Shown here in pieces: positions 28,901 through 38,652 of a DNA stretch of 64,000 nucleotides (positions are counted from its first letter, which is position 1; every line of letters starts with the position of its first letter). The stretch spans positions 3,712,001 to 3,776,000 of the forward strand of contig OZ244207.1 in NCBI GenBank assembly GCA_965216875.1. The letters are read 5' to 3'. The DNA comes from Rubripirellula sp. Its GTDB lineage: Bacteria > Planctomycetota > Planctomycetia > Pirellulales > Pirellulaceae. The translations under genes and the position numbers were made by a program. Under the pieces are notes generated by a model that saw only the letters and a program-made list of their open reading frames with translations, did no database searches and had not been told where the DNA came from.

Positions 28901-30263
28901 CGAGCGGTACGATTGGCTCGAAAAGAATCCTAGGAAGATCGGGGACATCGTTTTGGTGAAGTAGTCGCTCTTCAATAGCAATGCGATTGTTCGTACCCCA
29001 CGCATTGTTTCGAAGGTCAATCACTTCATCTTCGGAACCGATTGCGTAGATAACGCCGACATCACCAAAGTCGTTACCTTCGATGACGGCGTCGCTTCTT
29101 CCGTTGATTTCGAGCCATTCAGCAACGCGACTGTTACGTAATCGAACCGTGCTGTTTGGCCCAAACGTCAGACGATCTCGAAAGTCAACGGCGTTCGCAA
29201 TCAATGTGCCTTCCACCTCGATGCCGTGATTCGGCAGTACCACTGAAACGCGGACGCCAGGATCGATCGTGAGTGTCACGTCTTCGGCAACCACCAGCCC
29301 CGTTCCGAGCTGATAATGGGGAGCCCCCGGGATGTGTGGCCAAGTGACATCCTTGGTCAACGACCCTGCGATGCCGATCACGGCATTGCATGCCGTAAAC
29401 GTGTTTTGCATCGCTCCAAATTCCGGCACGAAATCGGGCGGCAACTCGACCGGCAGATTGTTGTGAAAGAAGTTGCCTTCGATCACGGGTGCAGCACCGT
29501 CGTAGATTTCGATTTCATAGCTCGTAAAGGTGTTGCCGCGCAGCGTCCCCTGCGAACCGTCAAAAAACTGAATGCGAAAGGGAAAGGTTGCGCCGGTGGC
29601 ATCCAGCGTACCGTAGACGCCAATCGAGTGAACCGCGTTCGTTAGGTTCACGGTAACGCCAGGTTCGATCGTTAGCTTTGCGTCGGACTCGATAACGATT
29701 CCATCCGTCACGAAACCTGCTGTCTCACCAATGAGTGGCCACGTCGTGTCGTTGGAAACGAATCCAGAATAGACAGGAATGTGGGAACCGGGTGCATAGG
29801 CATTGGTCATCCCGGCAAGTAGCGGCACAAACTCTGGCATCACCTTGACCGAACCCGAGGTGAAGTCGTTGTGGTTCAGATCGATCGTCACGTTTTCCGC
29901 GATCGATAGTGACGGACCGAACGCCGTAAATCGGCTATTGGTGATGGTCCCCGTGCTGCCTTCTTGAAACCAAACGCGAGCTGCGAAGTAGGCGTCATCG
30001 GCGATCAGTTCCCCGTAAACCTCAAGCTCATGAAGCTGATTCACGGTATTGAACGTGACTCCAGGTTCAACCGTTAGCTTGGCTCCTTCGCAGACGCGCA
30101 CGTCGCCTTCGATGAGGTAGGGCGATTCCGCGGCAGTCCAGGTCGTGTCGTCACAGACGTCCCTGGTGACAAGCGTTGCCAAGAGCAATCGCCGTTCAAG
30201 CGATTCCATCCGCAAAGGGTGTCGGCGCCGATGCGAAGGCTTGTTTTTTCGGGTTCGGAACAT
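25956..30263 (-). CDS. Large surface protein: planctomycete export motif, beta-helix-like repeats, Ig-like/HYR repeats, GEVED and dockerin-like domain
   Basis: RRHPLRMESLERRLLLA, about 6 DTTPP-delimited repeats, DFGDAP...DGEVED and DVNGSGGVTANDALVVINEL. Confidence 0.9.
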   Translation of the reverse strand: MFRTRKNKPSHRRRHPLRMESLERRLLLATLVTRDVCDDTTWTAAESPYLIEGDVRVCEGAKLTVEPGVTFNTVNQLHELEVYGELIADDAYFAARVWFQEGSTGTITNSRFTAFGPSLSIAENVTIDLNHNDFTSGSVKVMPEFVPLLAGMTNAYAPGSHIPVYSGFVSNDTTWPLIGETAGFVTDGIVIESDAKLTIEPGVTVNLTNAVHSIGVYGTLDATGATFPFRIQFFDGSQGTLRGNTFTSYEIEIYDGAAPVIEGNFFHNNLPVELPPDFVPEFGAMQNTFTACNAVIGIAGSLTKDVTWPHIPGAPHYQLGTGLVVAEDVTLTIDPGVRVSVVLPNHGIEVEGTLIANAVDFRDRLTFGPNSTVRLRNSRVAEWLEINGRSDAVIEGNDFGDVGVIYAIGSEDEVIDLRNNAWGTNNRIAIEERLLHQNDVPDLPRILFEPIVPLDSDRPTPLITGPEGATADNPFEITVDFGETVFDVRMCEFDVAGGTMTDLTVNDDGNLTAVITAENDGVVTVGLPQDQASDLAGNRNLASNVYSVIVDTTPPELEIQDPVLIEGNVEGGADIVASMLVEFAMATDNLDDDVEIIVEVPEFIAVNQSAEAIFTARDEAGNTTTQSSVVTVVDTTPPVITAPDSGSFEADTIGGANHESGELANWLARATAYDIVDGDVLVTHNLEATLPLGTHEVIFRAFDRNGNAGEESPFAHVRDTTPPDLEVPGEGLTVEGDTLGGVQRTNTAVRIWVAQAKATDIHDGNVPVETDLPETIPLGESTVTFTATDKSDNSSSGTSTITVIDTTPPEVFVREPIVVEASEFGGAPADHPRIKKWLSDARAYDIVFGDLPVEHNAPEFFPLSTTTVVFTAHDGAENVGGNESSIEVVDTIPPRLTVPASFEIKATAPSGIPTKDLLRALQDDITAIDIADPSPVVYITGPEILGVGEQVIEVFAEDSAGNQTGTKPVVVTVLAAFDFGDAPSADQSGFAKDYPVTIADDGASHLVSDLHLGTMVDSDIDGQPGDFAGVGGVSGDDQQDDEDGVVSIATVVISDDMEATSSFLVTASEAGKLDAWVDFNRDGDWDDEREQIVVSFEVTAGENIVGFAVPSGASVGGTATRFRLSSEGDLDPTGTADDGEVEDHWVELVAEDDANVVVGPLSKEATVSIGNSIRVHSQGDLFFDAGLDRLSSIQVNLVDARNSTLRIRSSDIPLEMLTLETGIVEGMATIVEFSSNWKMLPSEIDQEYYRVIGFNETTVMVDLAFPYQNLILSTDVNGSGGVTANDALVVINELARRQFSEPSGRVIDPMQLDGVRSGGGFSGDFFDVTGDDLITALDALRCINELARTELPPPEAEQIEWSPVEGPSVRGDAETQSVDSVVQTTTFAAADRAQAFAAQPTSAEPRDVSVEPRPARIEPKHVDQLLAEQNDPFSF

Positions 30264-30384
30264 GTTGGTGCTGCGAGCGGGCTCGGATAATCGGTGGTTG
30301 TCATTGGTTCATTCGCAATGAGCACGCGATCGAGACACGGCCGCCGAGAAAAACCAAAGAATTCGTCGACAGGGCGTTCCTCTC

Positions 30385-30680
30385 GTGAGCCGCACGCGCT
30401 AGCGTCGGGCCTTGAACTCTTTTTGATCGCGAAGGGCCCGACGCTAGCGCGTTCGGTGCACGGGGTTCGTAGTACCGAGCTTTAGCCGGAATCTTCAAGC
30501 TTCCCGCCTGAAGGCGGGACTACGAACGGCGCTGGCGATGTAGGGCCCGACGCGAGCGCGTTCGGCTCAAGGGGTTCGTAGTACCGAGCTTTAGCCGGAA
30601 TCTTCAAGCTTCCCGCCTGAAGGCGGGACTACGAACGGCGCTGGCGATGTAGGGCCCGACGCTAGCGCGTTCGGCTCACA
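30385..30680. repeat. BIME-like REP mosaic with a 109-bp tandem duplication
   Basis: 30462-30570 and 30571-30679 are near-identical. Each has a GTAGTACCG...GGGACTAC doublet plus a GGCCCGACG...CGGCTCA palindrome. Confidence 0.88.
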
Positions 30681-30849
30681 GACGAGCGGCAAGCCCGTCG
30701 CCGCTCGGTACTACGATGCGTGGTTCAGCTACAATCGCCTGTGAGGCAACGCGGGTTTGTAAAAGGACAAGAAGCCAAACGACTGTACAAACGCACGGTT
30801 CACGAGCGACTCGGGATACAGCAAGGCATTCGTTACTGGGGTAGGTGAG

Positions 30850-31479
30850 ATGCAGGGATCACAAGAGTCGGGCCGCGAAATCAGTGATGACGAACTACTG
30901 GCACGTTGCCGCGAAGGTGACGCCGATGCCCAGCAATTGCTCTACGACCGTTTTTCATCACGACTGATCGCCATTGCGCAGCGCCGAATCGGTGCAAGGC
31001 TGGGTCGACGCCTCGATAGCGAAGATGTCATCCAATCCGTATTTCGCACGTTCTTTCGCAAGGCTTCCCTGGGCAAGTACCCGCCCGAAGAATCGGAAAA
31101 ACTCTGGGGTCAACTTGTTCGCGTCACCCTCAGCAAGACGATTGATGCGACCCGCGAGCACACAGCGGAAAAACGTGACATCCATCTCGAAGTACCGGGC
31201 GATTGGTCTCAGCCGCTCGTTGATACCTTTGGGCGCGGCCCAAGCCCCGATCAGGCGGCCGTACTGACGGAATTGCTCGACCAACTCCTCTGCTTTTTGG
31301 GTGATGCCAAATACATGTCCATCATCGAGTTGACCCTTCAAGGCCACGACAAAGTCGAGATCGCCGAACAGGTCGGGTTATCCAAACGGAGCGTCGACCG
31401 GACCCTGAGCCGAGCCAAAGCATTCCTCGAAATGAGCCTTGGCAGTGACGATGACTCGGTTGCAAATGTCGTTTCTTGA
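30850..31479 (+). CDS. ECF sigma factor, Ser/Thr-kinase-associated type
   Basis: DDELLARCREGD, LDSEDVIQSVFRTFF and HTH EIAEQVGLSKRSVDRTL. Lies directly upstream of a kinase. Confidence 0.88.
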   Translation: MQGSQESGREISDDELLARCREGDADAQQLLYDRFSSRLIAIAQRRIGARLGRRLDSEDVIQSVFRTFFRKASLGKYPPEESEKLWGQLVRVTLSKTIDATREHTAEKRDIHLEVPGDWSQPLVDTFGRGPSPDQAAVLTELLDQLLCFLGDAKYMSIIELTLQGHDKVEIAEQVGLSKRSVDRTLSRAKAFLEMSLGSDDDSVANVVS

Positions 31480-31571
31480 GCGATTACGGTGAATTCCTTG
31501 TCTCATTTGTCTTGCCGCTGCGAATGGAGTTGTGAGTCGCAAGGGATCCCAAGCACTTCAACCATCCACCG

Positions 31572-34500
31572 ATGACGCAAAACGTAATCCTCGACCGGCT
31601 CGATGACCCGACGATTGGGCTTACGCCTCAACAGGTCGCTGTTTTTGAAGAGGTTGTGCTCGCTTTCGAAACGGAATGGACACCCGATCGCCTGGGCACA
31701 CTTTCCCATTCAATCGCATCACATGAGTCGACACTTTCGGCAGCGTTAATGATGGAACTCGTTTTCATTGATATGGAACGACAATGGGCGATCGGCAATC
31801 GCCGCACCGCAAGCGATTACCTATCACAGTTTCCCATTGGCAAAGACCTTCCTGAAATTCGGGTCGCTTTCGTCGCGGCCGAATGCAAAAGTCGAGCCGC
31901 GGCGGCCGAGACGATCCACTGGGACGCCCTTGCTCAAGAGCATCCCCAGATCACAGCCGAAATCCGCGAACACTTTGTTGCGGAAGTGGCCAAACTCAGA
32001 AGCACCCGAGCTGCCCAGGCTCATATCAACACCCCGCCGACCGCTGCCGATGAGACGACCATTGTCGATCCGATGATCGGCGATTTTGATCGGTACCGAA
32101 TCGAACGCGAAGTCGGACGTGGCGGCATGGGCATCGTTTACCAAGCCTATGACCGAAAACTCGACCGGACAGTTGCGCTCAAAGTCCCCAACGCCGAGAC
32201 ACGCACCTCTTCACAACGAGATGATGTTGCCAGGCTGTACGAGGAAGCGCGCGCGGCCGCCAAACTTGTCGAGCACCCTCATATTTGTTCGGTGTTCGAC
32301 GTCGGTGAACTCGGCGGCACGCACTTCATTTCAATGGCCTTTATCTCGGGGCCTTCCCTCGCTCAACGCTTGCGACAATCGGGGCCGATCGACCCAACAC
32401 AGGCGATCGCCATCACCCAACAAATCGCAGAGGCGTTGCAGGCGGCACATGCCCAAGGTGTCGTGCACCGCGACCTCAAACCCGCCAACATCATGCTCAA
32501 CGAGCATGGCGAACCGATCATCACCGATTTTGGGTTGGCCACCCATCTCGACAAAACAACGGACGAAAACGAAGAGACGATCATCGCCGGCACTCCGGCT
32601 TACATGTCACCGGAACAGGCGGACGGGTGTCTGGCAACGGAAGTTTCCGACATCTACAGCCTCGGTGTCATCTTTTATGAAATGCTGACCGGTCAACGCC
32701 CGAACTTCGGCACGACCAACACGCTGCTTTCACAAGCCAAGCAATCCCCGCGCAAGCTACCCAGCCAACTTTCTTCGGACGCGAGCGCCAAGATCGATGC
32801 CGTTTGTGAAAAGATGATCGCCATCCGCCCATCGGATCGATTCCAGTCGATGCGGGATGTCGCCGAAGCAATGGAAAGGATCCGCACGCGCCGAACGGGC
32901 CGCATCCTTGCGGCCGCCTCCGCTGCCGGGCTGCTGCTTGCGATCCTCGCCGCGATCACGATCTCCGTCGCGACCAACCACGGCGAAGTGAAGCTCGAAT
33001 TTCACGACAAAAAGATCAACGTTGAAATCGACGATGGTCGCTACACCATCGCCGACGCCGGAAAACCCAAGCGGTTCAAACCGGGCAAACACGAACTCAA
33101 GCTACGGGTTGGCGGTCGCACCCTTCCGCTTGGCAAATCGTTCACCTTTTCCGACCAGCTGCACGACGGCACCTATCGCGCTGTCACGACACTTGACGGT
33201 TTGGTGATCGCCGGCAGCCAATTTGACGTCATTCGCGGAAAAAAACACGTGCTGCGAGTCGAACTCGTTAAGAACGAATCGGCGGTGCCTGCGCCACAAG
33301 CCAAGAGTGATATCGATGTGCATCCACGAAAGGTCGTGCCCACGCCATTGGATCAATTAACAAGAGATTCACTTACCGAGGCGCAGCGGTTTGTCGCTGG
33401 AAATGGAAACCCCGACCTAGCGCCCGCAAACCTTGTCGCAGTGTTTGGTGACAGCCGGTGGATGCATTGGCACCATCTGCACCGCAATGCTCTGGCTTTT
33501 GACGCCGACGGCACTCGAATCGCTTCAGCGAGCTGGGACGGAACGGTCGTGGTTCGCAGTGCGGTAACAGGCGATCCCCTCAGCATCCATCACCAGCATG
33601 CGACGATGCCTTCGTCGATCGCTTGGGGTCCCGACAAGTGGACGTTGTTGGTTGGCAGCGCCGATGGCCGAGTCCATTTGCTCGACCTTCGCGATGACAC
33701 ATGGAAAACCCTCAACATGCAACACCATGATGCCGGCGGGGTGATGGCCGTGAGGTTATCGCCTCAAGGAGACTTTGTCGCCTCCAGCGCAGCGTCGACT
33801 TGCTGTTGGTACTCGCTCACCGAAGACCGACTGCTTTATGAAGTGGGCCATCGCAACATTCGCAACACTGCGATCAGCCCTGACGGAACGGCCATCGCAA
33901 CGTGTGGTGGGGACAACAACGTTCGACTTTGGGACCGCGACACTGGCGAACTGTTGTCAAAGTTCCGAGGCGAAGGCGGTCTCATCAACACCGTCGCGTT
34001 CACCCCGGACGGGTCGAGTCTGGCCGTGGGCCTGTGTAATACCAGTCGCACGAACAATGCACGGGTGCGGCTACTTGCCCGCGGCGGTGATCAATGGACT
34101 CGGTCGCTCGTTTCACCTGGCAGCTTTGTGTGGGCGGTCGACTTTAGCGATGACGGCCGGTACTTGGCCGAAGGGCGTGAGTTTGGCTACGTTCATCTCT
34201 GGGACACCGAGACTTGGGAAATCGCCCACTCATTTGACACGACCAATTTTCCCACAAGGCGCGAAAACGGCAAACGGTCCGTGCAGTTCAGCCCCTCTGG
34301 CAATCATCTCGCATCGGCCGGTGCCGACAACGCGATCCACCTATGGAATGTTCAAGGCGAAGTCGTAGGTGAGCCTGTGTTTGGCCGACTTCATTGCACC
34401 GCCGTCAATCACGACGCCAGCCGAATCGCGATCGCGGGGGCCAAAGGAACGTTTCAAATCTGGTCACTCGGCGATGGCAAAACGAGCCAAGTCATCCGTG

Positions 34501-35306
34501 GTCATGACAAACTGATTCGGGCAATGGCTTTTTCACCCGATGACGCTCTCTTGGCCACCGCCGGAGACGACGGCTCGATTCAATTCTGGCACCCCGCCAC
34601 GGGAAAACCACATGAAATTGCCCATCCAATTGACGCGGTTGACCCTGAAGATCCCATTTTCGATTTGGCCTTTGACCCGAACCGTCCGCGCGTGACGGTC
34701 GTGCGTCTGAGCGGCGCCGCGCAATGCTGGGATTACGAAACGGGCGTCGAGCAATTTGCCATTTCAAACAAGCGGCTGACAAACGCCTTGTCCGTCGTCT
34801 ACCGACCCGAAAGCAACGAAATGGTCATGGCGGGAACCTCGATTGCCGCTGGCGAAGCAAAGGGCAACGTCTACTTTTGCAACCCAGATACGGGTGCGAT
34901 TCGATTGACCGTTCCGGCCAACTATCCCGTCAAGGACATCGCCGTCGACTCACAAGGGAAACGGCTCGCGTTTGTTTGCGGACAACATTACCTTCAAGAC
35001 CAGCTGATCACCTCGGACTACATCAGCCAAGTTGTGATGATGAATGCGGACTCGGGGGCGATTCAGTTCACGGGCGACTATCCAGCCGCTTCGGTCGCAT
35101 TTAGCAACGACGGGCGTTCCTTGGTGATCGCTGGATACGACGGCCGAATCCGCAACTTGGACATCGCTTCGAATCGAGTTGAATCGATGCAGATCGGCCC
35201 TGTTGGCGGGATGATCGCCGATGCCGTTTTCGGCCCGAATGATCGACACGTGATCACAACCAACCGAAACGGAACCGCCTACGTGTTGCGCATCGACGGC
35301 GATTGA
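31572..35306 (+). CDS. Hanks-type Ser/Thr protein kinase with TM helix and WD40 propellers
   Basis: GRGGMG, VALK, HRDLKPAN, DFG, GTPAYMSPE, a TM segment and many WD40 repeats. Confidence 0.95.
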   Translation: MTQNVILDRLDDPTIGLTPQQVAVFEEVVLAFETEWTPDRLGTLSHSIASHESTLSAALMMELVFIDMERQWAIGNRRTASDYLSQFPIGKDLPEIRVAFVAAECKSRAAAAETIHWDALAQEHPQITAEIREHFVAEVAKLRSTRAAQAHINTPPTAADETTIVDPMIGDFDRYRIEREVGRGGMGIVYQAYDRKLDRTVALKVPNAETRTSSQRDDVARLYEEARAAAKLVEHPHICSVFDVGELGGTHFISMAFISGPSLAQRLRQSGPIDPTQAIAITQQIAEALQAAHAQGVVHRDLKPANIMLNEHGEPIITDFGLATHLDKTTDENEETIIAGTPAYMSPEQADGCLATEVSDIYSLGVIFYEMLTGQRPNFGTTNTLLSQAKQSPRKLPSQLSSDASAKIDAVCEKMIAIRPSDRFQSMRDVAEAMERIRTRRTGRILAAASAAGLLLAILAAITISVATNHGEVKLEFHDKKINVEIDDGRYTIADAGKPKRFKPGKHELKLRVGGRTLPLGKSFTFSDQLHDGTYRAVTTLDGLVIAGSQFDVIRGKKHVLRVELVKNESAVPAPQAKSDIDVHPRKVVPTPLDQLTRDSLTEAQRFVAGNGNPDLAPANLVAVFGDSRWMHWHHLHRNALAFDADGTRIASASWDGTVVVRSAVTGDPLSIHHQHATMPSSIAWGPDKWTLLVGSADGRVHLLDLRDDTWKTLNMQHHDAGGVMAVRLSPQGDFVASSAASTCCWYSLTEDRLLYEVGHRNIRNTAISPDGTAIATCGGDNNVRLWDRDTGELLSKFRGEGGLINTVAFTPDGSSLAVGLCNTSRTNNARVRLLARGGDQWTRSLVSPGSFVWAVDFSDDGRYLAEGREFGYVHLWDTETWEIAHSFDTTNFPTRRENGKRSVQFSPSGNHLASAGADNAIHLWNVQGEVVGEPVFGRLHCTAVNHDASRIAIAGAKGTFQIWSLGDGKTSQVIRGHDKLIRAMAFSPDDALLATAGDDGSIQFWHPATGKPHEIAHPIDAVDPEDPIFDLAFDPNRPRVTVVRLSGAAQCWDYETGVEQFAISNKRLTNALSVVYRPESNEMVMAGTSIAAGEAKGNVYFCNPDTGAIRLTVPANYPVKDIAVDSQGKRLAFVCGQHYLQDQLITSDYISQVVMMNADSGAIQFTGDYPAASVAFSNDGRSLVIAGYDGRIRNLDIASNRVESMQIGPVGGMIADAVFGPNDRHVITTNRNGTAYVLRIDGD

Positions 35307-35432
35307 CTCGAAAAGCGCAGTCGCGCCGACTCAGCCGATTCGACGTGTCCGACGCTTGGTTTCCGCTTCCATCAAATCGCGGTACAACGTGGCCATCTTT
35401 GCGTTTTGTTGTGCTCTTTTGTGTTGGATGTG

Positions 35433-36395
35433 ATGAATCCTGTTGTGTTGATTACCGGCGGCTTGGGGTGTATCGGAGCCGAGACGACGAAATGGCTGCT
35501 TCAAAACAGTGACGCGAAGGTCGTCGTTTCAACTCGTCGTGTGACAAAGGAAAGAGCCGAGCGAGTATTTGGTCCTGTTGCCCAGCCGAGGTTGTCTTGC
35601 GTCGAAGCTGATATCACGGATGCCGACCGAATGCGCGACGTCTTGAGCGAACATCGCGTCACACATGTGGTTCACTTGGTGGGACTGCAGACTCCCGACT
35701 GCAATGCCAACCGCGACCTTGGCCTACAAGTGAATCTGGCTGGCACTCAAAACTTGATCGAATCCATCAAGGAGTTGAATCTGGGTCTTGAACGATTCCT
35801 CTTTGCCAGTTCGATGGCCGTTTACGGCCCGCGGGCAAGTTATCCAGCGGGACGAGTCGCCATGTCGGCGCCGCCCAATCCCGTCAATGTTTATGGTGTT
35901 TGGAAACAAGCGGCTGAGCACGTCTGTCGTTTTTTCTGCGACGACACGGGCGTGCCAACACTATGTGTTCGCCCTGGAGTCCTCTACGGTCCCGGTCGTG
36001 ATGCCGGGCTGACTGCGGCGCCCACCACCGCAATGAAACATCTTGCTAAGGGTTTGCCCTACGAAATCCCCTTCACAACTAGCCAAGACTATTTGTACGC
36101 GCCCGACGTTGGCGCTGCGGTGGGTGGTGCTTTGCTGGAACCCTTTTCTGGCTACGGAGCCTTCACGTTGCCGAGTCATACCGCTGATTCGGTGCGTTTC
36201 GTCGATGCCATGCGATCATCCGCTGTCGCACTCGGGATTGAGGACCAGTTTGCGATCACCATCGGAAACGCCGAAGTTCCCTTCATGCATGACATCGATT
36301 TCCAACCCTTCCTCGATGCGTTCCCCAAGACGCCACACACACCACTCGAGCAGGGTGTGTTGGAATCGATTCGCACATTCCAATCCCAGCTCTGA
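35433..36395 (+). CDS. NAD-dependent epimerase/dehydratase
   Basis: LITGGLGCIG, ASSMAVYG, YGVWK (YxxxK). Confidence 0.9.
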   Translation: MNPVVLITGGLGCIGAETTKWLLQNSDAKVVVSTRRVTKERAERVFGPVAQPRLSCVEADITDADRMRDVLSEHRVTHVVHLVGLQTPDCNANRDLGLQVNLAGTQNLIESIKELNLGLERFLFASSMAVYGPRASYPAGRVAMSAPPNPVNVYGVWKQAAEHVCRFFCDDTGVPTLCVRPGVLYGPGRDAGLTAAPTTAMKHLAKGLPYEIPFTTSQDYLYAPDVGAAVGGALLEPFSGYGAFTLPSHTADSVRFVDAMRSSAVALGIEDQFAITIGNAEVPFMHDIDFQPFLDAFPKTPHTPLEQGVLESIRTFQSQL

Positions 36396-36784
36396 ATCGG
36401 CTCTGAAACGGTGCAGCCTGTAATCGTTGTAACTGGAACAACCTGCTGTGGGAAACCACAAGGGTGTGGTTAGTTGGCGCAATCTCATCACACTTTTGCG
36501 GGGTGCGTTCAGATCGGACCCTATGGTTTGCTCGGACCGAAATCTGTTGTCAGGTTTCAACGTCCCAACAGAAACCGGGGGCACTCTCTGGGCAACCAAA
36601 GACGCGGCACGCTTCGCATCTTTTCTTTGCCGTTAGGGCACCTGCTGTGGCACAGCCATCGCATCTCGGTTCACCAACAATGTGGTTGATGAATTACCAA
36701 CATCACCTTTAGGGGCAAGTCGCGAGCTTGACGCGGTTTTGGGCAAATGGAAGCCACGCCGAGACAAACCGACTTGGGGCAAAC

Positions 36785-37171
36785 ATGCTACGAGTACTAA
36801 TTGTAGACGACAGCAAATTCATGGCCCGCGGTATGAAATCCGTAGTCGAAGGCCTTGGATTCGAAGTCGTGGATCTAGGGCACGATGGTCAGGAGGGTTT
36901 CGACAAATACCTCCAATACAAGCCCGACGTAACGCTCTTGGACATCACAATGCCTAATGTCTGTGGCATTGAGTGTTTGACGCGAATCATGGAGGCCGAT
37001 GGCGATGCAAGCGTCGTCATGCTTTCGGCAGTTCAAGATCAAGACACCGTTTCACGCTGCCTCGAAATTGGAGCGCGGAGCTTTCTCGCTAAACCGATAC
37101 GCAAGAACGAGCCAGAAGATCTGCAGAAGCTGAAAGAGACAATCGAAAACGCATCGAAAAGCCTAGCGTGA
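36785..37171 (+). CDS. Single-domain response regulator (CheY-like)
   Basis: VLIVDDS, LLDITMP, MLSA, FLAKP. Confidence 0.93.
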   Translation: MLRVLIVDDSKFMARGMKSVVEGLGFEVVDLGHDGQEGFDKYLQYKPDVTLLDITMPNVCGIECLTRIMEADGDASVVMLSAVQDQDTVSRCLEIGARSFLAKPIRKNEPEDLQKLKETIENASKSLA

Positions 37172-37177
37172 GCCGCA

Positions 37178-38626
37178 ATGGAAGAGATGATCGAGTATTC
37201 TCGCAAGTTCACTGAAGTCGCTACGAAGAACTTGCAACTTTTTGACATCGAAAGCGATGTCGTCTTGCCCCCGAGCGAAATCAAAGGGGTCGAAACCTCA
37301 CGCGATTTCATCGTCACCGTTCTGTTCACAGGCACGGTCTACGGCGAGTACCTGCTGGCGTTGGATGAAATCACTGCAGCGAGGATCATTGGCCACGAAG
37401 ATGAAATCAACGATGAGAATCGCCAGGAAGTTCGCGACGACATCTGCGACGCACTAAAGGAAATCCTGAACACGATCGTGGGTGAATCGATCGTCGGCGT
37501 CCAAGAACTCCACCCCAAACTGACATTGACCGCACCACGGGTCTGCTTTGGCGAAATCCGTTACCCCGCCTTTCGTACGGCCAAAAGCGTGTTGCGCACC
37601 GACGCGGGCGAGATCGAGTGTTTCTTTTGCCTCGACCTGATGCGATTGACGCTTGCCGATTCCTACGCCCAAGCAATGCAGTCGCTCGAAGATGCCAACC
37701 GACAATTGGAATCCGCCAACGGTCAGCTTCGAGAAGAAATTGACGAACACATTCGCACGCAAAAAGAACGCGACGAATGCCACGATGAACTGGTCGCCGC
37801 GTCACGTCTGGCCGGCATGGCGGAAGTCGCCACCAGTGTGCTGCACAACGTCGGCAATGCACTCAATAGCGTCAACGTTTCAGCCAACCTGATCCGTGAT
37901 CGCATGAGCCGAAGCCCGGTCGAAAACCTTCAAAAGGCTTCCGACATCATCGAACAGAACCAATCCGACCTGGCCCAGTTTCTCGAGAGCGACCAACGGG
38001 GCAAACACTTCCCTGGCTTCTTGAAAAGCATTTCGCACAAGCTCACGAGCGAACGCGATGCTCAGCTTGAGGAAGTGCACGCAATGGCCAAGAACATTGA
38101 CCACATCAAGGAAATCGTCTCCGCCCAACAGCGTTTTGCCCGCAAGGGTGGCGTGGTCGAGACGGTCAACCTGATCGAATTGTTCGAAGACGCGTTGAGC
38201 ATCAGCGACATCAATTTTGAACGTCACGGTATCGAATTGACCAAGGAATTCGAAGACCTGCCGGTGCTGGAAGCGAAAAAACACGACATCCTTCAAATCT
38301 TGATCAACCTGATTCGCAACGCTCGCGACGCCGTCGACCGAAGCAATGCACAGCAGAAACAGATTCGCCTGATCGCAAAGATCGAGGGGGATGAAATCGT
38401 CTTGGCGGTCACCGACAACGGGATTGGTATCTCCGCCGAGGATGAAGCCAAGATCTTCCAGCACGGGTTCACGACCAAAGAAAGCGGTCATGGATTTGGG
38501 CTGCATTCCTGCGCCAATTCGGCGACAGAAATGAATGGTCGAATGTCGTTCTCCAGCGAAGGTGCGGGCAAGGGTGCAACGTTCACGCTGACCCTTCCCA
38601 TCCAAGCCGCATCCATTGCCTGTTAG
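37178..38626 (+). CDS. Soluble histidine kinase with N-terminal CheX-like phosphatase domain
   Basis: LFTGTVYG...DALKEILNTIVG...LTAPRV (CheX ExxN), coiled coil, H-box VLHNVGN, and N/G1/F/G2 boxes. No TM segment. Confidence 0.88.
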   Translation: MEEMIEYSRKFTEVATKNLQLFDIESDVVLPPSEIKGVETSRDFIVTVLFTGTVYGEYLLALDEITAARIIGHEDEINDENRQEVRDDICDALKEILNTIVGESIVGVQELHPKLTLTAPRVCFGEIRYPAFRTAKSVLRTDAGEIECFFCLDLMRLTLADSYAQAMQSLEDANRQLESANGQLREEIDEHIRTQKERDECHDELVAASRLAGMAEVATSVLHNVGNALNSVNVSANLIRDRMSRSPVENLQKASDIIEQNQSDLAQFLESDQRGKHFPGFLKSISHKLTSERDAQLEEVHAMAKNIDHIKEIVSAQQRFARKGGVVETVNLIELFEDALSISDINFERHGIELTKEFEDLPVLEAKKHDILQILINLIRNARDAVDRSNAQQKQIRLIAKIEGDEIVLAVTDNGIGISAEDEAKIFQHGFTTKESGHGFGLHSCANSATEMNGRMSFSSEGAGKGATFTLTLPIQAASIAC

Positions 38627-38652
38627 CGCTGCGGATTGCGATTCTTGGTGCC

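Noticed and set aside
30462..30679. Regularly spaced repeats resembling a CRISPR array (also 55027-55280)
   Set aside because: The intervening sequences are duplicated rather than unique, there are only two units, no cas genes are present, and the same motifs are dispersed as REPs.
36396..36784. c-di-GMP-I riboswitch upstream of the response regulator
   Set aside because: A GAAA hairpin and a GGCAAA are present but not in the required GGCAAA-stem-GNRA-stem-GACGCAAA arrangement.
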